From assembly GCA_034717895.1 (NCBI GenBank), contig JAYEMD010000155.1:2813-66812 (forward strand): a DNA stretch of 64,000 nt, read 5' to 3'. Source of the stretch: Campylobacterota bacterium (GTDB lineage Bacteria; Campylobacterota; Campylobacteria; Campylobacterales; Arcobacteraceae). Position 1 is the first letter of the stretch, and each line of letters begins with the position of its first letter. Shown here piece by piece: positions 48,556-58,548 of the stretch. The notes under the pieces were generated by a model. It was given only the letters and a program-made list of their open reading frames with translations, had not been told where the DNA came from and made no database searches. A program made the translations under genes and the position numbers.

Positions 48556-50448
48556 TTAATATCTGTAGCTTATAGCAACTCTTAGGTCTGTAGCTTTGTC
48601 GATTGGATCCATTCCAAATGCTTGAGCTTCAGCCATACTCATTGGCATACCATCATCACCGAAGAATGCTTGTGATCCAGTGTAATCATAATCTATACTA
48701 GTATATCTAGCTTGAAGAGTTAAAGATTTAGTAAGTGGTTTTTTATAGTAAACTTCCCAAGCACTACCTCTAGCAGCTAACTTAGATCCAGCCATCGTAT
48801 CCTCACCGTAAGTGAATGATCTCCAGTATTTACTACCTTTATTGTACTCAACACCGATTCTAGCATCTTCTGAAATAGGACAAGGGATCTGAACACCCAT
48901 ATAGATAGAGTGACCTGTTTTCTCTTCAGTTGAACCTAACATACCTGATTTAACTGAAGGCAATTTATTAGCTGCAGTAGCCATATTTGCCGATAATGTT
49001 TCAGACATAGTAGCATCTTGTGCAATAGGGTTAGCAGCAATATCTGTCATAGTGGTAGCTCCTGTAGTATCTATAGTAGTACCATATGCTTTATTCATCT
49101 CAGTAACTATTGTAGGTATATTAGCCGGAGTATTTGGATCTAAATCTAATGTTTGAGCAGTCATTCCAAAAGCGATTTGTGTTGCATTGCTTCCTTTAAA
49201 ATCATCAAATGCTGCAAGGTTCATCATATCTTGCTGATTATCAGGACTTGTTTTACTTTGTGCCCATGAAGCAAAGAATATTGTATCATCCAAGAAGTCA
49301 TTGATCTCTTCACCTATACCGTCAGCTTTAAATGAGATGGCTGCTCCAGAGAGATCTCCCATGGTTTTCATAGTAACATCAGTATTCATTGATTTTCCAC
49401 TCATACCTACAAAATGACCATTTGAATCCCAATTACCATTTAAAGAACCAACCATTCCGTTACCTGAATTAACATCAAAGTAATCATCCATAGGGTTACC
49501 TGTTGTTCCATTTTGGTTAGCTGCAATAGTCCCGTTAGCCATTACGAAACCAGGTAAGTTTTTAGCTACGAACATATTCGTTTTAACAGAATATTGACCG
49601 TTATCGTAAGGAACGAAGATGAACCCCATAAGGTCAATCGTATCCAATGCATTGTCATCTACAGAATAATCACCTTTTGATGCAAGTCCACCGCTCATAT
49701 CAAATCTAGGTGTTGCATTAGAAAGACCTCTACCAGTACATAGTTTCCAAGACATACCCTCTACATCTGTAACATTTTCAAGACCAAACTTGAAACTTGC
49801 ACCGTCAAACTCAACATCTATATTATGTCCCAGTGGTGATTGTGCCGGCATGTCGTTTCTCATATTAACTAAGAAACCGTCAGTTGATGGTCTTCTACCG
49901 AATGATGCCGTCCATGATACGTCTGTTCCTAAGAAAGTATCATTTTTATATAACCAGTAAGCTTCTCTTACTCTTAGTTTATCATCAGTTGCATTTTCTC
50001 CAACAACCCAGTCAAAAGTATCATATCCGTATCCTCTTTGAGGCATACCGTTTGGATTTGTTCCATTTGTATTATCACCTGTTGGAGCTGCACCGTAAGC
50101 TTTGTTGTATCCTAGTCTACCTTTGAAAAATACATTTTCACTTGGTGCATATGCCATGTTTAGTAATAATCTGTTAGTTAAAAGCGCATCATTACCTGTT
50201 TTATTTCCTGAAGCAGTAGTGTAACTGATCTTATCAACAGCTGTTCTAAAATCAACGCTCCATTTAATATTATCGGCGGCACCGTGTGCTTTAACTTCGT
50301 TTAGTTTTTTATTAGATTGTTTTAACTTATTCTCTAGTTTCTTAATTTGCGCTTCCATACCGCTTAGTCTTTTTTCTAACTCTGCTGATGCAAACGATGT
50401 TGTTGCCAACGCAGCTACTGCTGACAGTACAAGTGCTTTTTTCTTCAT
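48556..50448 (-). CDS. Outer-membrane porin-like protein with N-terminal coiled coil (DUF3373-like), long paralogue
   Basis: Signal peptide. Coiled coil LEKRLSGMEAQIKKLENKLKQSNKKLNEVKAH. Alternating beta-strand-like sequence. C-terminal aromatic signal AISYRY. Paralogous to 50614..52008. Confidence 0.7.
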   Translation of the reverse strand: MKKKALVLSAVAALATTSFASAELEKRLSGMEAQIKKLENKLKQSNKKLNEVKAHGAADNIKWSVDFRTAVDKISYTTASGNKTGNDALLTNRLLLNMAYAPSENVFFKGRLGYNKAYGAAPTGDNTNGTNPNGMPQRGYGYDTFDWVVGENATDDKLRVREAYWLYKNDTFLGTDVSWTASFGRRPSTDGFLVNMRNDMPAQSPLGHNIDVEFDGASFKFGLENVTDVEGMSWKLCTGRGLSNATPRFDMSGGLASKGDYSVDDNALDTIDLMGFIFVPYDNGQYSVKTNMFVAKNLPGFVMANGTIAANQNGTTGNPMDDYFDVNSGNGMVGSLNGNWDSNGHFVGMSGKSMNTDVTMKTMGDLSGAAISFKADGIGEEINDFLDDTIFFASWAQSKTSPDNQQDMMNLAAFDDFKGSNATQIAFGMTAQTLDLDPNTPANIPTIVTEMNKAYGTTIDTTGATTMTDIAANPIAQDATMSETLSANMATAANKLPSVKSGMLGSTEEKTGHSIYMGVQIPCPISEDARIGVEYNKGSKYWRSFTYGEDTMAGSKLAARGSAWEVYYKKPLTKSLTLQARYTSIDYDYTGSQAFFGDDGMPMSMAEAQAFGMDPIDKATDLRVAISYRY

Positions 50449-50566
50449 ATCTATCTCCTAAAATCTATATACAATATTGTAGAGTATGAGTTCTTGTATA
50501 TAACTTAAAATTATATTAGATTTTTTTATGATAAATATAAAGTATTTATAAAAGTTATCTGTAGGT

Positions 50567-50596
50567 ATAAGCTTAACTTTTTAAAGTTAAGCTTAT
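50567..50596 (-). terminator. 30-nt palindrome downstream of the short porin paralogue
   Basis: ATAAGCTTAACTTT-tt-AAAGTTAAGCTTAT. 14-nt perfect arms, 18 nt after the stop at 50614. No clean U-tract. Confidence 0.55.
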
Positions 50597-50613
50597 GGTA
50601 ATATTTATATATT

Positions 50614-52008
50614 TTAGTATTTGTATGTGATAGCAAATCTTAGGTTTTTTGATGTGATATCTGCATCATCAGAAGCTACCCATCCTGCACAGTTGATATT
50701 TGGTGTGTAGTCATGGTTTATGTGAGTATATCTTATTTGTGAAGTTAGGTTCTCACTTCCAAAGAAGTTTGTGTTCCAGTATAGCTCAAAAGCATCACCC
50801 TTTACTGCTATTTTAGAGCCTGTTGAAGTATCCTCTGCCCATGTCATAGGTGTCCAGTATTTTGAACCGTGATTGTATTCTATACCGATTTTACCGTTGT
50901 CAGTAATATTGTCAGGCATTATAGCTCCAACCCATATAGAGTTACCGCTTTTACTTACACCATCTTCGTTGCTAAGCAGTGCATAACCGTCTTTTGGATT
51001 ATATTTTGAGAAACCTAATGATGCAAACATTGTAGTTTCGTCTAGGAAGTCATTGATCTCGTCACCGATACCGTCAACTTTTAAACCAACTGAGAATAGA
51101 TCAGCTTCACCTGCATCAACTGCATCAACTGATTTTTCTTTACTAATTAGCTTCTTACCTTTTGTATTAAAAATATGTGCCCATTGGTACATTACTTGGT
51201 ATTGACCGTCATTATAAGCAACTCCAGGAACTACGAAAAAGTCTACATTTTCATCCTCTTTATCAGTATCTGTTTGTGCAAAAGGGAATTCTTCAGGTTT
51301 TCCATATACTCCGTAACCTTCACCTGTATGAGCTCGCCCAAGTACAAATTTGGTATATGAACCCTCTACAAATCTGTTAAGATTTAGTTTTAACATAGCA
51401 CCGTTTACTTCCATATTTGTAATATGTGCCAGAGGTGATCCGGAATTTGGTTCATTTTCTCTCATATTTGCTAAAAAACCGTTTGATGCAGGTCTTCTAC
51501 CTATACTAAATGCCATAGGTTGATTACCTGATTTAAATTTGTACACGAAGTATGCTTCTTTGATTCTCATTAAAGTATCAGTAGCTTTTGATGATGCAGA
51601 CCAGCTTTTTAGACCTTTGTCTGTTCCACTGTAATCTGCAAATACATGTGATCCCCATGTATTATAGATAGCAAGTTTACCTTTGAACATAAGGTTTTTA
51701 GCTGGTGCTGCAGCCATATTTAGATAAAGTCTGCTTGTTAACAGTGAAGAGTTTTCATAAGTTTTATTATTAAAGTTGTCTTCATATTTTAAAGTTTCAA
51801 AAGTATTTCTAAATTCGACACCTAGTTTGATATTGTCTCCTGCACTGTGTGCTTTCACTTTGTTTAGTTTTTTGTTTGATTTTACAAGTTGTGATTTTAA
51901 TGTTTTGATCTCTTTTTCAAGATCAGAAAGTTTTGTTTCTATACTTGTATTTGCAAAAGATGTAGTAACTGCTGCAGCTAAAGATAGTGTTATGATGTTC
52001 TTTTTCAT
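50614..52008 (-). CDS. Outer-membrane porin-like protein with N-terminal coiled coil (DUF3373-like), short paralogue
   Basis: Signal peptide. LSDLEKEIKTLKSQLVKSNKKLNKVKAH. Shared blocks DGIGDEINDFLDET, GIEYNHGSKYW. C-terminal AITYKY. Confidence 0.7.
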   Translation of the reverse strand: MKKNIITLSLAAAVTTSFANTSIETKLSDLEKEIKTLKSQLVKSNKKLNKVKAHSAGDNIKLGVEFRNTFETLKYEDNFNNKTYENSSLLTSRLYLNMAAAPAKNLMFKGKLAIYNTWGSHVFADYSGTDKGLKSWSASSKATDTLMRIKEAYFVYKFKSGNQPMAFSIGRRPASNGFLANMRENEPNSGSPLAHITNMEVNGAMLKLNLNRFVEGSYTKFVLGRAHTGEGYGVYGKPEEFPFAQTDTDKEDENVDFFVVPGVAYNDGQYQVMYQWAHIFNTKGKKLISKEKSVDAVDAGEADLFSVGLKVDGIGDEINDFLDETTMFASLGFSKYNPKDGYALLSNEDGVSKSGNSIWVGAIMPDNITDNGKIGIEYNHGSKYWTPMTWAEDTSTGSKIAVKGDAFELYWNTNFFGSENLTSQIRYTHINHDYTPNINCAGWVASDDADITSKNLRFAITYKY

Positions 52009-52105
52009 TTTATTCCTTTTTTATAGATTTCTAATCATAAGTTTTAATTATAACTATTATAACTGATGTAATTTTATTGTAATTTTACTAAAAATACAAT
52101 TGGAA

Positions 52106-52141
52106 TAAAAAAAGGGTTAAGCATATGCTTAACCCTTTTAT
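52106..52141 (-). terminator. Rho-independent terminator of the small secreted-protein gene
   Basis: GGGTTAAGCAT|ATGCTTAACCC with 11-nt perfect arms. On the minus strand it is followed by T8. Confidence 0.8.
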
Positions 52142-52156
52142 ATAATGTTACTTATC

Positions 52157-52480
52157 TTAACAAGAAGGAACATTTCCTGAATCACTTGCATATTCATGGA
52201 AGAAATCAAGGTAGTGTGGTAAATACTTTTCTTTTAAAGATTTGTCTTTAACAGTTGGACAAAGTACTTTAATCTCAGCAGCCATTCCTGCAGTTCCTAT
52301 TGTTTTCCACTCATCTTGAGTATGTTTACCAGCCATTTTTGCACCTGTAACACCACAAGCCTTCTTTAGCTTTTTAGAGTAAAGCTTTTGACCCTTCTTT
52401 ACATCAGCAGTTGCAGCAGTAGTAGATAGTCCTAGAGCGATTGCACCAACAAAAGCTAATTTTAGTAATTTATTCATCAC
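52157..52480 (-). CDS. Small secreted 3-Cys protein, cytochrome-c-like opening but no CXXCH
   Basis: Signal peptide MMNKLLKLAFVGAIALGLSTTAATA. KGQKLYSKKLKKACGVTGAKMAGKHTQDEW. Cys at residues 42, 74 and 107 (the last residue). No CXXCH anywhere. Confidence 0.5.
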   Translation of the reverse strand: MMNKLLKLAFVGAIALGLSTTAATADVKKGQKLYSKKLKKACGVTGAKMAGKHTQDEWKTIGTAGMAAEIKVLCPTVKDKSLKEKYLPHYLDFFHEYASDSGNVPSC

Positions 52481-52559
52481 TTTTCCTTTTTATAAAATAT
52501 TGTCGCAAAGTATATCTATAAAAACTTAAAATTTTTCTAAATTTAGATATAATTCACAT

Positions 52560-53828
52560 ATGAAATATTACATTTTAAAACAAGTTACACAATTTTTAGA
52601 TCAATATAAGCTGATAAAACGTATAAAAAGAGTAGATAATAATACTATTAGTATAGAATTTGAAGGTAAAAATATCTACTACTTTGATCTTAGTCGATCT
52701 AATGGAACGATTTACAAAAAGCACTCTGCGGAGAATATAAAAAAAGAGTTCAGTGCCCCTTTTGATGTTATACTTAATAAAAGATTTAATAATTGTAAGA
52801 TAGAGAAAGTATATCTTAGAAATGAAGACAAGATTATAAATATTAAGGTACAAAGCAGATCCGCATATAAAACACAGACAACTATTCTTCAAATGGAATT
52901 TACGGGTAAAAACACAAATATAATAATACTAGAGGATGATGATACTATCATTGAAGCGTTAAGACATGTGGATGAATGGACCTCTATCAGAGTGGTAAAA
53001 GCAGGGATAAAATTAAAAGAGCTTGAAAAACCTGATTTTAAATATGAAATAAAGCCTATAGATAATATTGATCAGTTTTTATACAATATATATGAAACAA
53101 AGCAGGAAAAAATTGTTTCAGGTGTAAAAAAAGAAAAAATATTGCAGCTGAGCAAACAGATAAATAAATTAACAAAAATATTAAATAGATTAGAAGATGT
53201 GGAACAGTTAAAATCAAACTCAAAAAAACTAAACGAAGAAGCAAGCATAATTGTAGGGGAGCTTTATAAGTTTGAGGGTTATGAAAAAAATCAGATGATA
53301 AAAAAATCAAAGGATAAATTTAAAGAATCAAAAAAAGCACTTCAAAGAGCAAAAAATCAGTACTTAGAACAGGTAAATCTTACACAAAAGATTGAGTTTT
53401 TACACAGAATGTGTGAAACCATAGAAAATGCCAAAGATATTGATGAGATAGAATTTTATATGCCTAAAAAAGATAAAAACCAAACTAAAACAAAAAAAGC
53501 AAATCCATATCAAAGTTTCTTTATTGACGGCTATAAGATAATGCTTGGACGTGATGAGAGGGAAAATATATATCTTTTACAAAACTCAAAAGCAAGTGAT
53601 TTTTGGTTTCATCTTCAAGGTCAGCCCTCATCCCATGTTATTGTTTCAAATAGTAAAAAAACTTTACCTGAAAATATAATAGAGGAAGCTGCCAAGATAT
53701 GTGCAAGATTTTCTATATCTGCCAAGGGTGTATTTACGGTTGATTTTACACAAAGAAGAAATGTCAAGATTCAAACAAAGGCTAATGTACTATATAATCC
53801 TTACAGTTCATTGGCAGTTAAAATTTAG
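52560..53828 (+). CDS. NFACT-family (RqcH/FbpA-like) protein, short form
   Basis: NFACT-N blocks (NEDKIINIKVQSR; EFTGKNTNIIILED...ALRHV), a central coiled coil, and NFACT-R/DUF814 (GYKIMLGRDERENIYLL...DFWFHLQGQPSSHVIV). Confidence 0.7.
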   Translation: MKYYILKQVTQFLDQYKLIKRIKRVDNNTISIEFEGKNIYYFDLSRSNGTIYKKHSAENIKKEFSAPFDVILNKRFNNCKIEKVYLRNEDKIINIKVQSRSAYKTQTTILQMEFTGKNTNIIILEDDDTIIEALRHVDEWTSIRVVKAGIKLKELEKPDFKYEIKPIDNIDQFLYNIYETKQEKIVSGVKKEKILQLSKQINKLTKILNRLEDVEQLKSNSKKLNEEASIIVGELYKFEGYEKNQMIKKSKDKFKESKKALQRAKNQYLEQVNLTQKIEFLHRMCETIENAKDIDEIEFYMPKKDKNQTKTKKANPYQSFFIDGYKIMLGRDERENIYLLQNSKASDFWFHLQGQPSSHVIVSNSKKTLPENIIEEAAKICARFSISAKGVFTVDFTQRRNVKIQTKANVLYNPYSSLAVKI

Positions 53829-53936
53829 AAGATTAATATCTAAATCATAATTATATAAAAACGGTCTAACCATAATATAACCAATTTTTCAATACAATGG
53901 CAAAATATATAAAAAAGAACCATACAGGAGTAACAT

Positions 53937-54947
53937 TTGAAAGAATGGTTAGATAAGATACAAGCTTGCAACTGTTTAAATGACTTGGAACAGTTAAGAG
54001 TGGATATTTTGGGAAAAAAAGGTACATTAACCCTTGAATTTGCAAAAATGAAAGATGTCCCAAATGATAAGAAAAAAGAGTTTGCACAAAATTTAAATAA
54101 GCAAAAAACTGAAGTAGCAGAAGCATTAGAGTCTCAAAAGAGGATTTTAATGGCACAGGAGTTGGAAAAACAGCTGGAATCCGAGAAGATAGATGTAACA
54201 AAATTCAGTTCAAATAACCTTACTGGTGCATATCATCCCGTAATGTTTACGTTAGATAGAATCACTACATATTTCCAAAACCTTAACTTTTCTGTTGAAG
54301 AGGGTCCTTTAGTTGAAGATGACTTTCATAACTTTGAAGCCTTAAATCTTCCAAAGTATCATCCTGCACGTGATATGCAGGATACTTTTTACTGTAACGA
54401 CGGTAAAGTTTTAAGAACACATACAAGCCCTGTTCAAATTAGAACAATGATGAATACAAAACCGCCAATTAGAATGATAGCTCCGGGAGCTGTTTTTAGA
54501 AAAGACTTTGATCTTACACATACACCTATGTTCCACCAAATTGAGGGGCTGGTTGTAGAAAAAGAGGGTGTTGTTTCTTTTGCAAATTTAAAGCATGTAA
54601 TGGAGGAGTTCCTTCATCATATGTTCGGTGAGGTTGAGGTAAGATTCAGACCTAGCTTCTTCCCGTTTACAGAGCCAAGCGCCGAGGTAGATATCAGCTG
54701 TATCTTCTGTAAAGATGAAAAAACAGGAAAGTCATGCGGATGTAGAGTTTGTTCACATACAGGTTGGCTTGAAGTTCTTGGATGTGGAATAGTTGATGAA
54801 AATGTTTTCAAAGCTGTAGGTTATGAAAATGTAAGTGGATATGCATTTGGTCTTGGTATCGAAAGATTTGCAATGCTTATACATAAGATTGGAGATTTAA
54901 GATCTTTATTTGAAAGTGATATTAGATTATTAGGACAGTTTAGATGA
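53937..54947 (+). CDS. pheS: Phenylalanine--tRNA ligase alpha subunit
   Basis: TTG start with AGGAG 6 nt upstream. Class II motifs ([30 protein letters not shown] equivalent: [13 protein letters not shown]). Confidence 0.95.
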   Translation: MKEWLDKIQACNCLNDLEQLRVDILGKKGTLTLEFAKMKDVPNDKKKEFAQNLNKQKTEVAEALESQKRILMAQELEKQLESEKIDVTKFSSNNLTGAYHPVMFTLDRITTYFQNLNFSVEEGPLVEDDFHNFEALNLPKYHPARDMQDTFYCNDGKVLRTHTSPVQIRTMMNTKPPIRMIAPGAVFRKDFDLTHTPMFHQIEGLVVEKEGVVSFANLKHVMEEFLHHMFGEVEVRFRPSFFPFTEPSAEVDISCIFCKDEKTGKSCGCRVCSHTGWLEVLGCGIVDENVFKAVGYENVSGYAFGLGIERFAMLIHKIGDLRSLFESDIRLLGQFR

Positions 54948-57268
54948 TAATAACAAGACAATGGATACAAGAATATTTAGATATTACGAGACTAAGTACA
55001 AAATCAATATGTAATGCTTTAAATTCGATCGGACTTGAGGTTGATTCTACTAAAAGAGTATTAATACCAAACGGTGTTGTTATTGGAAAAGTTGAGCTTT
55101 GCGAAAAACATCCTGATGCAGACAAGCTGAATATTTGTCAAGTAGATATTGGTGATTCAAAAGTACAAATTGTATGCGGTGCTAAAAATGTAGCAGCAGG
55201 TCAGTTGGTACCAGTAGCAACTGTAGGTGCAGTTCTTGGTGATGACTTTAAAATAAAAAAAGCAAAATTAAGAGGTGTTGAGTCTTTAGGTATGATATGC
55301 AGTTCTACAGAGATAGGACTTCCAAAACTAAATGACGGGATCATGGTACTTGATGATTCTATAGGTAATCTTGTAATCGGTAAAGAGCTGAATGAATATG
55401 TGCTGATCAATGATGAGATTATAGAGATAGAACTTACTGCAAATAGAGGAGACTGTTTAAGTATACATGGAGTTGCCAGAGAACTTAGTACATATTTTAA
55501 TATACCTTTAAAACATTTTGAAGCAGATATTATTACAAACAATAAAGGTATCGGTCAGATATTCGAAGTAAATTACAGCACATGTTGTGAATCTAATTTA
55601 TTATACAAAGCTGCCGATATAAAAAACTTTGATATAAAATTACTGCAAAATTTAAGAGCAGCTACGGTAGATGCATTAAAAGCAACTCATATTGAAACAG
55701 CGGTAGCTTACGCAACACACAGTACGGGTGTATTGTTAAATGTATATACAAGTTCAGTATCACAAAATAAAAACAGTGATACTATCTCTTTAAGTGTTAA
55801 TAAAAACGATAACGGTTTTGATACGGTAAACGGTAACGAACATTTAAGTATAATTGGTGTAGAAGCAGGACACGTTAGAGAGTTGTCGGATAAAGTGATA
55901 ATTGAAGCTAATTATACTGATCCCGAGAAACTCGCACAAAAGGTTTTTGATACTAAACAAAAGACCGGAGAGATATACTATAAAGCATCAAGGGGAAGTG
56001 AAACAAATCTAACATTCGGTATAGATTATATCACCTCTTTGATATCTGCAAACGGCGGCACTATTTATAACGGAAGTCAAGATTTTATAAACGAGATACA
56101 TCCAACTATTATAACTGCCAATATATCAAAAATAAATAATATAATCGGTCAGGATATTGATGTATCTGAGATAACAAAGATATTGGTTTCTTTAGGTTTT
56201 GGAGTAAGACAGCCTATAGGTGATAGTTTAAGTATTACTATTCCTACATTTAGACATGATATTAAAAATATAGCTGATATAACTGAAGAGATAGTTAGAA
56301 TAATAGGTATAGACAAGATAAAATCTAAACCTCTTTTTATTGAAGAGATAAACAGAGTAAATAATGTTTCAAACAGACTTCTTATGCAAAATCAAATAAG
56401 AGCAAAATCAATAAGCAACGGTTTCTATGAAACAGTTACATATCTATTTACAAATAAAGAGAATCTTGAAAAATACGGTTTTGAAACAATAAACAAGAAA
56501 AAAGATCTAATGAATCCAATTGTGTCTGAACTAAATACGTTTAGAACAACAATGGCACTGAATCTTGTATCTGCAATTAGTGAAAATTATAAGCATGGAT
56601 TTAAATCTGCAGCATTGTTCGAAAACGGTATTGTTTTTAATAAAAACGGAGAGGAGAAGAAAGCTTTAGGATTTGTTTACAGTGGTGAAGCAGAAGCTGC
56701 AAGTGTAGAAAATAATGGAAAACCTGCAAAGATGGATCTGTTTGCTTTCTCTCAAAAGATATCTAATATTATAGGAGAATTTGAGTTAGAGCCTCTAAAA
56801 AAGATAGAGAACAACTTTATCCATCCATATCAACAAGCATCAGTGATAAAAAGCGGGAAATCTATAGGAGTTATATATAAACTTCATCCAAATGTATCTA
56901 AAGATTTTGATATAGACAACGACACATATGTTTGTGAGATTGATCTGGAGAGTTTAAAAGAGGATATTATATTTGCACAACATATATCAAAATATCAAGC
57001 TTCAAAAAGAGATTTAAGTATTATTGCTCCAAAAGATATGGAGTATAAAGAGATAAAAAAATCAATTGATAAATTAAAAATCCAAGAGATAAAACAATAT
57101 AATCTTGTAGATATTTATAGTGATGAAAAACTTGGGGATAAGGAGAGTCTGACAATCAATTTTGTAATTCAGTCTAGTGAAAAGACAATGGAAGAGAACG
57201 AGATATCTGCAATTATGGATAAGATATTACAAAAATTAGGTAAAGATTTAGATATAGGTATTAGATAA
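54944..57268 (+). CDS. pheT: Phenylalanine--tRNA ligase beta subunit
   Basis: N-terminal tRNA-binding domain ([18 protein letters not shown]), B3/4 and B5 regions, C-terminal FDX-ACB. ATGA overlap with pheS. Confidence 0.95.
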   Translation: MIITRQWIQEYLDITRLSTKSICNALNSIGLEVDSTKRVLIPNGVVIGKVELCEKHPDADKLNICQVDIGDSKVQIVCGAKNVAAGQLVPVATVGAVLGDDFKIKKAKLRGVESLGMICSSTEIGLPKLNDGIMVLDDSIGNLVIGKELNEYVLINDEIIEIELTANRGDCLSIHGVARELSTYFNIPLKHFEADIITNNKGIGQIFEVNYSTCCESNLLYKAADIKNFDIKLLQNLRAATVDALKATHIETAVAYATHSTGVLLNVYTSSVSQNKNSDTISLSVNKNDNGFDTVNGNEHLSIIGVEAGHVRELSDKVIIEANYTDPEKLAQKVFDTKQKTGEIYYKASRGSETNLTFGIDYITSLISANGGTIYNGSQDFINEIHPTIITANISKINNIIGQDIDVSEITKILVSLGFGVRQPIGDSLSITIPTFRHDIKNIADITEEIVRIIGIDKIKSKPLFIEEINRVNNVSNRLLMQNQIRAKSISNGFYETVTYLFTNKENLEKYGFETINKKKDLMNPIVSELNTFRTTMALNLVSAISENYKHGFKSAALFENGIVFNKNGEEKKALGFVYSGEAEAASVENNGKPAKMDLFAFSQKISNIIGEFELEPLKKIENNFIHPYQQASVIKSGKSIGVIYKLHPNVSKDFDIDNDTYVCEIDLESLKEDIIFAQHISKYQASKRDLSIIAPKDMEYKEIKKSIDKLKIQEIKQYNLVDIYSDEKLGDKESLTINFVIQSSEKTMEENEISAIMDKILQKLGKDLDIGIR

Positions 57269-58548
57269 TGGAAAAATTAAATATATCACAGTTAGAGAGA
57301 TCTTTTAATATTGTAATAGACAATATAGCAAGTGACAAGTCTATATCGCATAGATGTGCTATGTTCTCACTTTTTAGCGATAAACCATCTACGATTAAAA
57401 ACTTTTTAAGAGGAGAGGACACGATGGACTCTCTTCGAATTGCACAAAAGCTTGGAGCTTCTATAGAAGATAATGGAGATATTATAACAATAACACCACC
57501 TTCTAAACTGACAGAACCTGATGATGTGCTTGATTGCGGTAATGCAGGTACAGGGATGAGACTTTATGCAGGATTGCTTTCAGGTATTGAAGGAAGTTTT
57601 GTTTTAACAGGTGATAAATATTTAAGAAGCAGACCTATGAAAAGAGTAGCTGCACCTTTAAGAGATATAGGTGCAAAGATAGATGGAAGAGAAGATGGTA
57701 ACAAAGCCCCTTTACATATAAGAGGGGGGAAATTAAAATCTTTTAAATATCACTCTCCTATAGATTCGGCACAGGTAAAATCGGCACTTATACTTGCCGC
57801 AATTCAAAGTGATGAAGTTTCATACTATAAAGAGGATCTTTTAAGCAGGGACCATACGGAAAGAATGTTAAACGGTATGGGTGCAGATATAAAAACTTCA
57901 CAAGATGGCTGGATAGAGATCAACCCAATTAAAGGACCGTTAAAACCTTTAAACTTAACTGTACCAACTGACCCCTCAAGCGCATTCTTTTTTGCGGTTG
58001 CAGCGGCAATAGTACCAAACTCTAAAGTTACATTGAAAAATCTTACATTAAATCCTACAAGAATAGAAGCATATAAAGTTCTTAAAAGAATGGGTGCTAT
58101 TGTAAAGTTCATTGAAACTGAAAATATATACGAACCTATGGGTGATATTGTAGTTGAACATAATGAGCTAAACGGTGTAACTGTTGATTCAAATATAGCG
58201 TGGCTAATAGATGAACTACCTGCACTATCAATTGCTATGAGTATAGCAAACGGTAAAAGTGTAGTTAAAAATGCACAAGAGTTAAGGGTAAAAGAGAGCG
58301 ATAGAATATCTGCTGTCGTAAACAATCTAAAACTTTGTGGAGTTGAATATACCGAATTTGATGACGGTTATGAGATAAACGGAAATACTGAACTAAATAA
58401 AGCAGTTATAAATTCTCACGGCGACCATAGAATTGCTATGAGTTTTGCAATAGCGGGACTTCTTTGCGGCATGGAGATAGAAGATACTCAATGTATCGAA
58501 ACATCTTTCCCTAATTTTATGGATATTTTGGAGAGTTTAAGAAAATAA
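57268..58548 (+). CDS. aroA: 3-phosphoshikimate 1-carboxyvinyltransferase (EPSP synthase)
   Basis: [20 protein letters not shown], and [10 protein letters not shown] motifs. TAATG overlap with pheT. Confidence 0.95.
   Translation: MEKLNISQLERSFNIVIDNIASDKSISHRCAMFSLFSDKPSTIKNFLRGEDTMDSLRIAQKLGASIEDNGDIITITPPSKLTEPDDVLDCGNAGTGMRLYAGLLSGIEGSFVLTGDKYLRSRPMKRVAAPLRDIGAKIDGREDGNKAPLHIRGGKLKSFKYHSPIDSAQVKSALILAAIQSDEVSYYKEDLLSRDHTERMLNGMGADIKTSQDGWIEINPIKGPLKPLNLTVPTDPSSAFFFAVAAAIVPNSKVTLKNLTLNPTRIEAYKVLKRMGAIVKFIETENIYEPMGDIVVEHNELNGVTVDSNIAWLIDELPALSIAMSIANGKSVVKNAQELRVKESDRISAVVNNLKLCGVEYTEFDDGYEINGNTELNKAVINSHGDHRIAMSFAIAGLLCGMEIEDTQCIETSFPNFMDILESLRK

Noticed and set aside
53898-53957. A mini-ORF ([19 protein letters not shown]) upstream of and overlapping the pheS start, considered as a pheST leader-peptide attenuator
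   Set aside because: It contains a single Phe codon, whereas Phe-attenuator leaders have runs of Phe. There are no alternative terminator/antiterminator hairpins in the 108-bp leader.
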